This document shows, in pieces, positions 18,826 through 27,405 of a stretch of 64,000 nucleotides of DNA; within the stretch, counting starts at the first letter, position 1, and the number at the start of each line of letters is the position of its first letter. The notes below the pieces were generated by a model. The model was not told the DNA's origin and did not search any database. It saw nothing but the letters and a program-made list of their open reading frames with translations. The translations under genes and the position numbers were made by a program. Source of the stretch: an archaeon GW2011_AR5 (lineage in GTDB: Archaea; Aenigmatarchaeota; Aenigmatarchaeia; GW2011-AR5); assembly GCA_000806115.1 (NCBI GenBank), contig JWKQ01000001.1, forward strand, positions 217,784 to 281,783, given 5' to 3'.

Positions 18826-19686
18826 ATGATAATCAGCCGGCGGGATTTCTTGACAGGCGCGGCGTGCGCAGCCGCTGTTGGGATAGCGTCAGACGGGCCT
18901 GCTTTCACATACGACAGCGCAAGCTGGGAGAATGTCCGGGAAGGGCTTGAATTCTCAAGAATACGCGTTTATGAAAGGGGAAAACCCATCGACACGCTGG
19001 CAGTACTCAGGGCAGACCCTGAAAGGAACAAATTCGATTTGTATCATGACAGGAACGGAAGAAAAACGGCAGAAGACTGGAGAAGGCATGTAGGCGCCGA
19101 TGCAGTTTTCAATGCGGGATTCTACAGGTATGTAAGAGGATACGGACTGTCCACAGAACCTGCTGCCCTTTCCATAAGCGAGGGAAGCATTCTTGGGCCC
19201 AGAAACAACAGAAGCGTAAAGGGCGCATTCGTTGCCGAACCAATGAGCGGAAGAAGACCGTACGCAAGGCTCATAGACATGGATCATGAAAAGGGGTATA
19301 ACCAATACAACTGGAACACTGCGGTTAATTCATGGCCCATGTTAGTTCATGCAAACGGAACTCTTGGAGGCTCCGGCTCCAAAAGCGACAGCCGGACAGC
19401 CGTTTGCGAGGACGGGCATGGAAGGATACTGGCGGTCACCACCGAGGACAATAACCTGACGCTTCCCGGCTTTGCCCGTGCACTGCGCGACAGCGGACTT
19501 GACGTGAAAAAAGCACTGAATCTGGACGGCGGGCATGCGGCACAAATGTATATCGAGCGCGGCGGGATAAGATATGCGACATACGGAAAGGAACAAAAAA
19601 TGCTTGGCATACAGTTCTTGGACAGGCTCGTGGAAAGCGTGAAAGTCCCAATACCCGGCGTCATAGGCATTTCGGAGAGGCGATAA
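18826..19686 (+). CDS. phosphodiester glycosidase (NAGPA/DUF2233) family protein with a twin-arginine signal
   Basis: The Tat motif is MIISRRDFLTGAACAAAVG. The C-terminal SRTAVCEDGHGRILAVTTED...LNLDGGHAAQMY is typical of the family. Confidence 0.7.
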   Translation: MIISRRDFLTGAACAAAVGIASDGPAFTYDSASWENVREGLEFSRIRVYERGKPIDTLAVLRADPERNKFDLYHDRNGRKTAEDWRRHVGADAVFNAGFYRYVRGYGLSTEPAALSISEGSILGPRNNRSVKGAFVAEPMSGRRPYARLIDMDHEKGYNQYNWNTAVNSWPMLVHANGTLGGSGSKSDSRTAVCEDGHGRILAVTTEDNNLTLPGFARALRDSGLDVKKALNLDGGHAAQMYIERGGIRYATYGKEQKMLGIQFLDRLVESVKVPIPGVIGISERR

Positions 19687-19688
19687 AG

Positions 19689-20261
19689 ATGAAGAAATTC
19701 CTCGCAGCTGCCGCTGCTTTGACTTATCTTGCACAGCCGGCACAGAACGATGCAACAGCCAGAACAGCGACTGATAATTTCAAGAGTTCGGCTTCGATAC
19801 TTATTGACAAGAGCGAAAGAAAAGTCATGGTTTACCAGAATGAAGTGCTTGCTTTCTCTTTTCCGGCCGACTTCGGAAAAGACTGCACAGACATGAGGGA
19901 CAAATCGGACGCAATAGACACTTGCACGCCCGAGGGCTCTTATAAAGTCCTTGAAAAACGCGGGATAAATCGGACAAGACGATACAAGGAACTTCTATTG
20001 GATTATCCGACCCAAGACGACCTGTCCGCCGGAGCAAGGGCCGGCGCCGTAGGCTGGCGGGATATTGTGAGGGATCTTTATTACAGGATAAGAAGGGGAC
20101 ATCCTGCTTACGACACGAAGCTTGGCGGACCGTTCGGCATACAGGGCTATGGCGGAACAGGCAAGGACTGGACAGACGGCTATGTCGCCATCAGCAACGA
20201 AGCTATGGACAAGATTTTTCCGATTGTCGTGAAAGGCAGCGCCGTGAACATAGTTAAGTAA
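19689..20261 (+). CDS. secreted L,D-transpeptidase (YkuD)-like protein, apparently lacking the catalytic His and Cys
   Basis: Features: signal-like MKKFLAAAAALTYLAQPAQ; ILIDKSERKVMVYQNEVL...TPEGSYKV; and FGIQGYGG...TDGYVAISNEAMDKIF, which aligns by eye to the GIHG...SxGCIR motif with Q152 and Y165 at the catalytic positions. Confidence 0.55.
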   Translation: MKKFLAAAAALTYLAQPAQNDATARTATDNFKSSASILIDKSERKVMVYQNEVLAFSFPADFGKDCTDMRDKSDAIDTCTPEGSYKVLEKRGINRTRRYKELLLDYPTQDDLSAGARAGAVGWRDIVRDLYYRIRRGHPAYDTKLGGPFGIQGYGGTGKDWTDGYVAISNEAMDKIFPIVVKGSAVNIVK

Positions 20262-23210
20262 TCAGGCATTAGTTCCAAGATGCAGCGCATCGACATCCGC
20301 CGTCACCTGCACCGGATTCTTGCAAAACAAATTTGTGCAATAGAAATTGTAGCTGTTTTTTGTCGCCTGCGCGTATGTCTTTGAGGTTTGTCCGTCTTTG
20401 CGCTTCTTGGCTTCAGGAACTATCGCATAGTCCGGCTCCTTTCCGAACTTCCTCTTCCATGCCTTCTTGATTTCCCTATAAACTGTCGTCTGCTCGAACG
20501 CCTTCGTCTTCTCCTTTCTCAGCTCGTTGCCAACCTGGATGTTCGTCATCTGGATATTTTGCGCGCTCAGGAAATCCCTTACTACGAGCTCGGTATTGCT
20601 TGGCCTGTCGACAGGTTCCGGCGGACACGTATCCTCATAGCTCAGCATGTCGCCGTCGAGCACAAGATTACTGCTCATCAATTCGTTGAGCTGCTTCTGC
20701 AGCGCCGCGTTCCTTGAGGAATATTCTCCGGCAGCGTAGTCGCCCGCTATGTACATGAGAGACGCGTCAGTGAAAGCGCCGTTGGGGGCGTATATGCCTG
20801 CCAATTCCTCCACGTACTTGTTTCCGTAGAGGAGGCAGCCGTTCATAGTGAGCATGCTGTTGTATATGTCTCCCATCCTCCGGGGCGGCACACCTGTCAG
20901 CACCGCAGCCTTGCAAAGCCGTATCTGCATGCATCCCAGCGTCGGGCCTCCCGTGTTCATTCTGAAAAGATCCTGGAACCAATACTGAGTCTTCGCGGCG
21001 GCTTCCTTGACGTTGAACGGGTTCGCCTCGAATTTTGATTCCTGTCCAGTGAAAGACGCAATGAGAGAAACATATTCAGGCTTCTTGTATTTCGCAGTAT
21101 TGACAATTGCGACCGCCCATTCGCGCGCATCCGGTTTTCCGTATTTTTCCTTTATGGATTTCTCAAGCTGCATAATCAAATCCTGGTTCTCTGCCCCCAG
21201 GCTGGCGTACTGATAAGAATATTTATCCGGAATATTTTGCGGTATCCGTATCGTGTTTCCTTCGTACTTTTCGATATTTGAATTTTCAACAAGTGAATTA
21301 ATTTGCGCCGTTAACCACATGTATTCCTCTTTCCTGCTGCCGAAAATCCCGGGCACAACCGAACGCAGCGTGTCACCCTCCTCTATCACCTTTGTTTCAA
21401 ATGAAGGGTTATAGTTCTCAACTACCCTGTACAGCTTCTCCCGGTTTGGCTTCATTAAAAACCTTATCTTGAAGCTGCTGCCGAATCTTGCCAGAAAATT
21501 TTCAAGCGACTCTATTCTTACAGGATCTTCGCTGCTTTTGGGAGGATGAAAAAGATGCGTTATTATGTGCTCTCTGCCGCGCTTTCCGAGGTACATTGCA
21601 GCGTGCGTGAAATCAATGTCAGGTGTGTTGCCAAGTTCGCGGCCTTTTTCCTTGTCAGCCCTGTAATCGCTGCCTGAATAATAGAAACCTATTATGTCGC
21701 CAGGCTCCATTATGTCGTAGTTGGTAAATATTTCACCGTTCCTCCAGTCAAATTTCGTTGCCGTGCCGCCGTGTTCTTCTATATTCTCCGGCATGTCCCA
21801 GGCATTTCCGCCGACGCCCGTAATGAAATGTTTCCCTATGCCGAAAACATATTCATGGACTCTTGTTACATACTGCGCGCAGTTCGCGCCAAGGCAAAGA
21901 GGGTCTTTCCTTATGAAGCCTTTGAAACCCCCCATAACCGAGCTGAGTCTTTCCGGAATTGTGCCTGCAGTTTCATAAACCTCTATATCGGTGCATATTT
22001 TGTAATTGCTGTTGTATGAGCATCCCAACTTCTCGCAGGAACTCTTTGAACAGCCTGAAATGAAGCCAAAGAGCCCTGAGCCGCATGATGAGCAGTCTTC
22101 TGAATTGTCTTTGCATGAGATTGATTTCGGATCCTTCGAACTTATCATGCCTGAAATCGAATTAATCAGCGCGACAAACGCCCTGTTGTAGTCAGATTTC
22201 TGGATAGCCGCCTTTATTTCTTCCTTCCCGATTATCCTGTCAATTTCCCCCGTAACGACACCGCATTTTGACGAATGCCCTATCACAAATTTGTTTTCCT
22301 TCTTTCCATAGAAAATAACCATGTTAAGAGCCGGCGTCCCAAGAGTTCTCATTTCTCTTTCAGTGAATTTTTTTGACACAAGCAATGCGCTGTCAGCACC
22401 GATAGAATTCAAGGTTTCAATAATAATCAGAACATTTTTTCTCTTATAGATATCCGACAGGATTTTTTTAATCTCGGCGTCATTTGTCAGAATATTTGCC
22501 CGGTCTTTCAGGTAGTCCGGCGATTCATCGTCAGGATTTGTTTCCTCCCCCATTATGCAGCATTGATTACCGGCAGCGCCCGGGCAGAGCCCTTTGACAG
22601 GCGTTCCGCTTTTTGACTTGCACAGTGCGGTGTCCATGCAGTAAAATTCCTCCTTTGGCGACCTGCATCTTGTTGTGCTTATCTCGAAAGTTCCTGCCCT
22701 GTGCGTCATGCCAAAAATTCCGCCATTGGACCATACGATGCACTCTCCGGATTCCTTGCAGTCCCCGTCACTTCCTACTCTTATGACAACTTCCGAATCA
22801 CATTCGATAGATGTCACCTCCCGAGTCCTGACTCCGTTATTCTCAACCCAATATCCGCAATCGGTGTTCCCCTCGATCCTGACAGTGAAGTCCGAGGTTT
22901 TTATGACACCCGTAAGCTCCTCACTCCTTGACGGTCCGCAGAACGTGTACTCCCCTTTCAGAATTTTTTCCTTTGTGCCGGTTCCTTCACTGCTCTTCAG
23001 ATAAGGACCCTCCGGCGTGCCGGGCAGCCCGCACATCTGTATCTTATTCGGGCCCGTACACCATCCCCTTATTTTCTCGAGCCCTGAGGGGCATTCAAAG
23101 TTCGCGGCAGACGTGTCAAAGCATGAGTATTTTTGGCACGGCGCCGCCGCATTAATCCCGTAAACGACGGGAAGCATCATGAGGATTAACACAAAATATA
23201 CAATTTTCAT
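20262..23210 (-). CDS. secreted multidomain cell-wall hydrolase-like protein (982 aa): Cys modules, TPM-like, papain-like (NlpC/P60/CHAP-like), LysM-like and lytic-transglycosylase-like regions
   Basis: Features:
- signal peptide MKIVYFVLILMMLPVVYG
- Cys modules CPSGLEKIRGWCTGPNKIQMC and GTPVKGLCPGAAGNQCC
- GANCAQYV (Cys444) paired with FTHAAMYLG (His536)
- IEEGDTLRSV...GNTIRIP, which looks LysM-like
- TGQESKFEANP...GPTLGCMQI, which looks SLT-like
The start overlaps the upstream gene by 4 nt. Confidence 0.85.
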   Translation of the reverse strand: MKIVYFVLILMMLPVVYGINAAAPCQKYSCFDTSAANFECPSGLEKIRGWCTGPNKIQMCGLPGTPEGPYLKSSEGTGTKEKILKGEYTFCGPSRSEELTGVIKTSDFTVRIEGNTDCGYWVENNGVRTREVTSIECDSEVVIRVGSDGDCKESGECIVWSNGGIFGMTHRAGTFEISTTRCRSPKEEFYCMDTALCKSKSGTPVKGLCPGAAGNQCCIMGEETNPDDESPDYLKDRANILTNDAEIKKILSDIYKRKNVLIIIETLNSIGADSALLVSKKFTEREMRTLGTPALNMVIFYGKKENKFVIGHSSKCGVVTGEIDRIIGKEEIKAAIQKSDYNRAFVALINSISGMISSKDPKSISCKDNSEDCSSCGSGLFGFISGCSKSSCEKLGCSYNSNYKICTDIEVYETAGTIPERLSSVMGGFKGFIRKDPLCLGANCAQYVTRVHEYVFGIGKHFITGVGGNAWDMPENIEEHGGTATKFDWRNGEIFTNYDIMEPGDIIGFYYSGSDYRADKEKGRELGNTPDIDFTHAAMYLGKRGREHIITHLFHPPKSSEDPVRIESLENFLARFGSSFKIRFLMKPNREKLYRVVENYNPSFETKVIEEGDTLRSVVPGIFGSRKEEYMWLTAQINSLVENSNIEKYEGNTIRIPQNIPDKYSYQYASLGAENQDLIMQLEKSIKEKYGKPDAREWAVAIVNTAKYKKPEYVSLIASFTGQESKFEANPFNVKEAAAKTQYWFQDLFRMNTGGPTLGCMQIRLCKAAVLTGVPPRRMGDIYNSMLTMNGCLLYGNKYVEELAGIYAPNGAFTDASLMYIAGDYAAGEYSSRNAALQKQLNELMSSNLVLDGDMLSYEDTCPPEPVDRPSNTELVVRDFLSAQNIQMTNIQVGNELRKEKTKAFEQTTVYREIKKAWKRKFGKEPDYAIVPEAKKRKDGQTSKTYAQATKNSYNFYCTNLFCKNPVQVTADVDALHLGTNA

Positions 23211-25732
23211 GCCGTGTCCTCCCCGAAAAGATCGATTCCAACTATGTCAAACCCGACCTCTCCATAGACATTTGCTTCCTGGCTGCACAAAGATGCCGGC
23301 ACGCACGCGCCGCCGGACCACATGCATCCCATCCGCGCGCAGGATTTTTGGCACCCTGACGAGTCGATAATGCTCCCCATGCTTTCAAGAATTCCGGAGC
23401 ATACAGAGCCGCACTGGACGCTGCTGCTCTTCACTGTGACGCGCGTGCCTGCCGCGACGCTGCCGAATACGCCTGAAATATCGTCGCACTCCGTGTCGTG
23501 CATGCCGACGCACTGAAAGCTGCGCTCGTTGTTGTTGATGCCGAGCCAGTAGTTGCCGGCTATATTGCATGACGAAGCCGCACCTTTTGTCGCTTTCTCG
23601 GTTATCTCCAGCCTGCCTTCCGGCAGCACGAAGGAATTGTCCTCATTCACAGTCTGCCGGCTAAGGCACGCCTTCCATCTTTGGTAATTTGCCGTGTACC
23701 TCGGGTTTTCCCTCTGTCCCATTATGTCCTCGACGAAATTCTCATCTTCCCGCAGGGGGTCGTTCAGACATCGCGCCGGCCAGCCGTTGTAGTAGCGAAG
23801 AACAACCTCTTCTATAGTGCCGTATGTTTTGCCCTTGCAGTCGTACACTTTCCTTCCCACGTCTCCTGCCTGCGTCCTTGCAAGGTTAGAGAGGTACTTC
23901 ACCCCGCAGTCTATTGTTGCGTCAACGTCATGTTCGCGTATTTTCTGCTGGTCACACTCCGGATGCACGGGAACGTTGATTTGCATTATGCCCGTGGACG
24001 AGCCGCTCTCTGCATTCTCGTTCCACGCGGACTCCTTGGAGATAAGCGCGGCGACTAATGCCTGAGGACTGTCTGTTAACGTCATACGGTATTTTTCTAT
24101 CTTCGAGTTGATGACGTCCCTGTAGGCGTTATACTTGTCTATGAAAGTTTGCGGTATGCCTTCGCACTGGCTTGATATGCCGGCGCTTGCCGTGGTTTTG
24201 CTAACTGCGGCTTTTATCGGATTGTCGGGCATTCCGTTCCTGCAAAGGTAAACGTCGTTACAATCAAGTTGCACGACGCCTCCGTCGTCATTCGGCGTGT
24301 TGCATTTCTCGCCCTTCTTCATCACTACGACTTCTGTGCGCCGCTCGCCCGGGCAGATGTTCTCGCATGCGCCGCCCTGCGGCGCATTGTTGTTCCACAT
24401 GCATCCGTCAATGCTGACGCATTTCTCCATGCTACAGCCGGGGAATGAGTCGCACTCTGTCCTGCAGTCTTTCACGTCGAACTTCTCGCGGCAGACGTCA
24501 CCAGAGGCAGATTTTTCTGCGATGACAGCTTCCAGCAATCTCACAAGATTGTTGAATGCCTCGTCGTACTGCTTCAGTTCCGCCTTCTTTCCCACGCTAT
24601 CGTCGGATATTATCTTCCTGAGCGTAGCCTCCTCGACGCCGCAATTCTCCGAGCCGCGCAGGATGTGCCACTGATTTCTCGCCTTGCCGTAAAGTATTAT
24701 CATGGTAAGCTTCTTTCCGCTCTGGTGAAGCTTGTACTTGAAATCAAACCTGTTCAGCATGCTCTGTTCCGCATCAGGCGGTATTTCATCAACCATCTCA
24801 ATTATTATTTTCGCGTCATAGTTCTGGCTTATCAGGTTTAGCCGGTTGTCGATTTCCGACAGTGAAAGCGTGCCTGTTGCGTCGTACGCAAAAGAATCGG
24901 ACGCCGCGTAGGTTTGCTGGTATATGCAGCATTCGATATTGCTCGGCGCGCTTGGACAGTAAGTTCTGATAGGCGTGCCGCCGGTGGCTGTGCATTCCGC
25001 CTTGTCAATGCACTGGCTTGTTGTGTATTTTCTGCACGATCCGTACGCGCCGGACGGGCGGTAGAATGTTATGCTGAATGTCCTGCTCTCCCCGCCGTTT
25101 GCAACGGTGCAGACGTTCTCCCCCTCGTCGCGGCAGTCGCCGTTGGGGCCCACCGTTATGGTTACCCACGAGCCGCAAGCCGCGCTGTCACGCTTCGTCT
25201 CGACATCCTTGCTCTTCACGGAGTATGTACATGTGCCCGTGCCGTCAAGGAAGAATCTGAAGTCCTGCACCTGCACGTTGGACGGAAGGCTCGTGACGAT
25301 ACCGGGGCCGTAAACGCGCCTGCCAACCGGCGTCCCGGGAGACGCGCAGCACTGGATATCATTCCCGCCAAGGCACCAGCCTCTCACATACGTAAGCCCG
25401 TCCTGACATGAATGCCTGTTTATGTCGTAGCATTTGTAAGTGCCGAGAGGCGCATCGCAGTATCCAACATAGCCCAGTCCTGGACCGCCCACCCTCGGCC
25501 CTTCGGGAGTGCCTGCAGGCGCGCAGCACTGTATGTTGTTTCCGCCGGGACACCATCCACGCACGTAGGTAAGTCCCTCTCCCGGACAGTAGGGAGTTTC
25601 TGTCTTGTCATAGCAATTGTAGGCTGCAGAAGACGAACTCAGCGGATTATCACAATTCCCATATGTTGTTCCCTGCGCCGCGAAGGCGGGAACTGCAAGC
25701 AGCAATGCAAACGCGATTAATACCAGTTTCAT
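23207..25732 (-). CDS. secreted multidomain protein (841 aa) with three RGWC..CC Cys modules, a TPM-like region and a soluble lytic transglycosylase (SLT/goose-lysozyme-like) domain
   Basis: Features: signal peptide MKLVLIAFALLLAVPAFA; LTYVRGWCPGGNNIQCC, LTYVRGWCLGGNDIQCC and TPIRTYCPSAPSNIECC; and the SLT motif LISKESAWNENAESGSSTGIMQINV, with the Glu567 codon at 24032-24034. Confidence 0.88.
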   Translation of the reverse strand: MKLVLIAFALLLAVPAFAAQGTTYGNCDNPLSSSSAAYNCYDKTETPYCPGEGLTYVRGWCPGGNNIQCCAPAGTPEGPRVGGPGLGYVGYCDAPLGTYKCYDINRHSCQDGLTYVRGWCLGGNDIQCCASPGTPVGRRVYGPGIVTSLPSNVQVQDFRFFLDGTGTCTYSVKSKDVETKRDSAACGSWVTITVGPNGDCRDEGENVCTVANGGESRTFSITFYRPSGAYGSCRKYTTSQCIDKAECTATGGTPIRTYCPSAPSNIECCIYQQTYAASDSFAYDATGTLSLSEIDNRLNLISQNYDAKIIIEMVDEIPPDAEQSMLNRFDFKYKLHQSGKKLTMIILYGKARNQWHILRGSENCGVEEATLRKIISDDSVGKKAELKQYDEAFNNLVRLLEAVIAEKSASGDVCREKFDVKDCRTECDSFPGCSMEKCVSIDGCMWNNNAPQGGACENICPGERRTEVVVMKKGEKCNTPNDDGGVVQLDCNDVYLCRNGMPDNPIKAAVSKTTASAGISSQCEGIPQTFIDKYNAYRDVINSKIEKYRMTLTDSPQALVAALISKESAWNENAESGSSTGIMQINVPVHPECDQQKIREHDVDATIDCGVKYLSNLARTQAGDVGRKVYDCKGKTYGTIEEVVLRYYNGWPARCLNDPLREDENFVEDIMGQRENPRYTANYQRWKACLSRQTVNEDNSFVLPEGRLEITEKATKGAASSCNIAGNYWLGINNNERSFQCVGMHDTECDDISGVFGSVAAGTRVTVKSSSVQCGSVCSGILESMGSIIDSSGCQKSCARMGCMWSGGACVPASLCSQEANVYGEVGFDIVGIDLFGEDTA

Positions 25733-25733
25733 G

Positions 25734-26105
25734 TCAGACGCTCCCCGGCCTTGTGTATATGTACAGCGAGTCAGAGCCTGCGTTCACTGCAGACAAGCTC
25801 TGCCCCGTTTCGCCGTCGGGCACATAGCAGCCGCACGCTTTCGCGCACTGGGCAGTGTCGCCAAAACCGCTCCTGCCGCATACGAAGCCGAAATTTGCCT
25901 CCTCAACGCTGATGCTGTTGACTTCCTTGTGGTCGCAGTCGTGGAAAGCCCGCAAAGATGCGCAGCCTTCGAGGAACAGCTTCTTGTTATTGACGCTGTC
26001 GTCGTTGAAGAATCCGAAGAAGAAGCCTCCTATGGCTGCGAGCACCAGCAGCGCTACGGCGACGAATATTATCACGTTAAGAGGGAGTTCCATACCCTTG
26101 GGCAT
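25734..26105 (-). CDS. small N-terminally anchored cysteine-rich protein (MELPL family), first gene of the minus-strand operon
   Basis: The N-terminus is MPKGMELPLNVIIFVAVALLVLAAIGGFFF. The stop lies 1 nt before the start of the 841 aa gene. A TATA-like TTATATAAC sits about 20-27 nt upstream on the minus strand. An alternative start is the ATG at 26093. Confidence 0.7.
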   Translation of the reverse strand: MPKGMELPLNVIIFVAVALLVLAAIGGFFFGFFNDDSVNNKKLFLEGCASLRAFHDCDHKEVNSISVEEANFGFVCGRSGFGDTAQCAKACGCYVPDGETGQSLSAVNAGSDSLYIYTRPGSV

Positions 26106-26664
26106 AATATTCTATTGTTTTGTGTTATATAACTGCTTTCGAGAGAAAAAAGGGGAAAACCCCGGGAGCCAGAAAAAGACGTTCTCCGAACGTCGTCCTG
26201 GACTTCCTCAGGGCTTAGGGGGTGCAACATTTCTTTTTTCAGACCACGTCTTGCCGAACAAACAGACGCACAATGTACGTCATGCATTTACCAGAACATA
26301 TCCGGGAGGTCTGCTGTAACTATCAATTTCTGCATAAATAGGGCTTTTGGTGCAATCGCTGAAAATTAGTGCATTTTATGAAACGAAGGAAATTTGTCTC
26401 ATGTGATGACATTTAGTGCAATAAATTTTTACTGTGCAACTGAAATAGCATTTGTGTTACTATGTTGGTATTCACTAAAAAGTAATGAAAATTACATCGC
26501 TTTAAGTAGTAGTCAGTAGATGTAAGGTTAGGTGGGAGTCATGAGATACAAAAAAATAAGGATAGAAAGAAGTTCTTCATTGACGCAATCGATATGGCAG
26601 ATGCAATCCAGATTCTTACCGTTTTATCCTATGCCAAATGTTTGATCTTCGATCAAGGACTGAT

Positions 26665-26758
26665 TTAAAGCGTTCCAAGAAAAAAAATCGAGATACTATA
26701 CCTTGGAACGCTTTAAGTGAACCAAATTTATAGTATCACGATTTATTATTTGGTTCAC
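26665..26758. repeat. two adjacent perfect inverted repeats in a long non-coding AT-rich region
   Basis: TTAAAGCGTTCCAAG 26665-26679 pairs with CTTGGAACGCTTTAA 26702-26716. GTGAACCAAAT 26717-26727 pairs with ATTTGGTTCAC 26748-26758. The second pair resembles hairpin 1 of the repeat family. Confidence 0.55.
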
Positions 26759-27059
26759 ATTGATAGGCGGATGACATGGAATCAAGGCTCGTCCGGAGCC
26801 GACTGACACAATCCGGCGATTTTGCCGGAAGAGACTCGTATCCTTCCAAGGATAACCTGAAATGCTAATTTGTCATTAACGTGTTTCTGATTCGTTAGCA
26901 ACGTGGTTTTGGGTTGCAGATTTGGCGTGTACAGTCTTTCTGGAAATTAACAGTAATCTGAATAAAATTTCCGGGATTCAGTCGCCAAAACCATGTTGTC
27001 CCTATTGAAATTTTTACCTTTTCAAATTTTACTGAAATTTTTCGATAATGGTGATAGGC

Positions 27060-27170
27060 ATGAAAGTATGCATCGAATGCAACAGAGGGTTTAGTGAGCA
27101 CAGAAGTTATAATACACGGTGTTTTGACTGCTGGCGAATTGGCTTGAAAGAAAGGAAAGGGTATTACTAA
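27060..27170 (+). CDS. 36 aa mini zinc-ribbon protein (below the ORF-track cutoff)
   Basis: Hand translation gives MKVCIECNRGFSEHRSYNTRCFDCWRIGLKERKGYY*, with a CxxC-N13-CxxC pattern. It resembles the Cys motif of 28266..28493. Confidence 0.4.
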   Translation: MKVCIECNRGFSEHRSYNTRCFDCWRIGLKERKGYY

Positions 27171-27187
27171 TTGAGGATGTGATTTAT

Positions 27188-27337
27188 ATGGCAAACAAAA
27201 TAAGCATGGACTGGTCCAAGATTTCAGTGGTTTCAGTGATAGCGTTTCTGGCTGGCTGGCTTATATTCGGACTTCTTGGAGCTGTAGTATTGGCTATTGT
27301 AGCCCTGGCTCTGATGGGAATCCTGAAAATCAGATAA
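27188..27337 (+). CDS. 49 aa small membrane protein (below the ORF-track cutoff)
   Basis: Hand translation gives MANKISMDWSKISVVSVIAFLAGWLIFGLLGAVVLAIVALALMGILKIR*. It starts 17 nt after the preceding mini-ORF. Confidence 0.4.
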   Translation: MANKISMDWSKISVVSVIAFLAGWLIFGLLGAVVLAIVALALMGILKIR

Positions 27338-27405
27338 CGATTTTATTGAGAGCTCAGTAAGGATTGCAAAGACTCCAGAATGAAAGACATGGAATAACAA
27401 AGAAT

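Noticed and set aside
26522-26646. A 34-codon ORF (MRYKKIRIERSSSLTQSIWQMQSRFLPFYPMPNV) preceded by GGTGGGAG.
   Set aside because: It is too short, has no recognisable features, and sits in DNA that looks non-coding. It is not reported as a feature.
26300-26900. Calling this AT-rich, palindrome-rich region a replication origin.
   Set aside because: The evidence is only suggestive (TTCCAAG-core inverted repeats and AT richness). There is no adjacent orc1/cdc6, no clear ORB consensus, and skew or coverage cannot be computed here. It is kept only as a low-confidence alternative within the islet finding.
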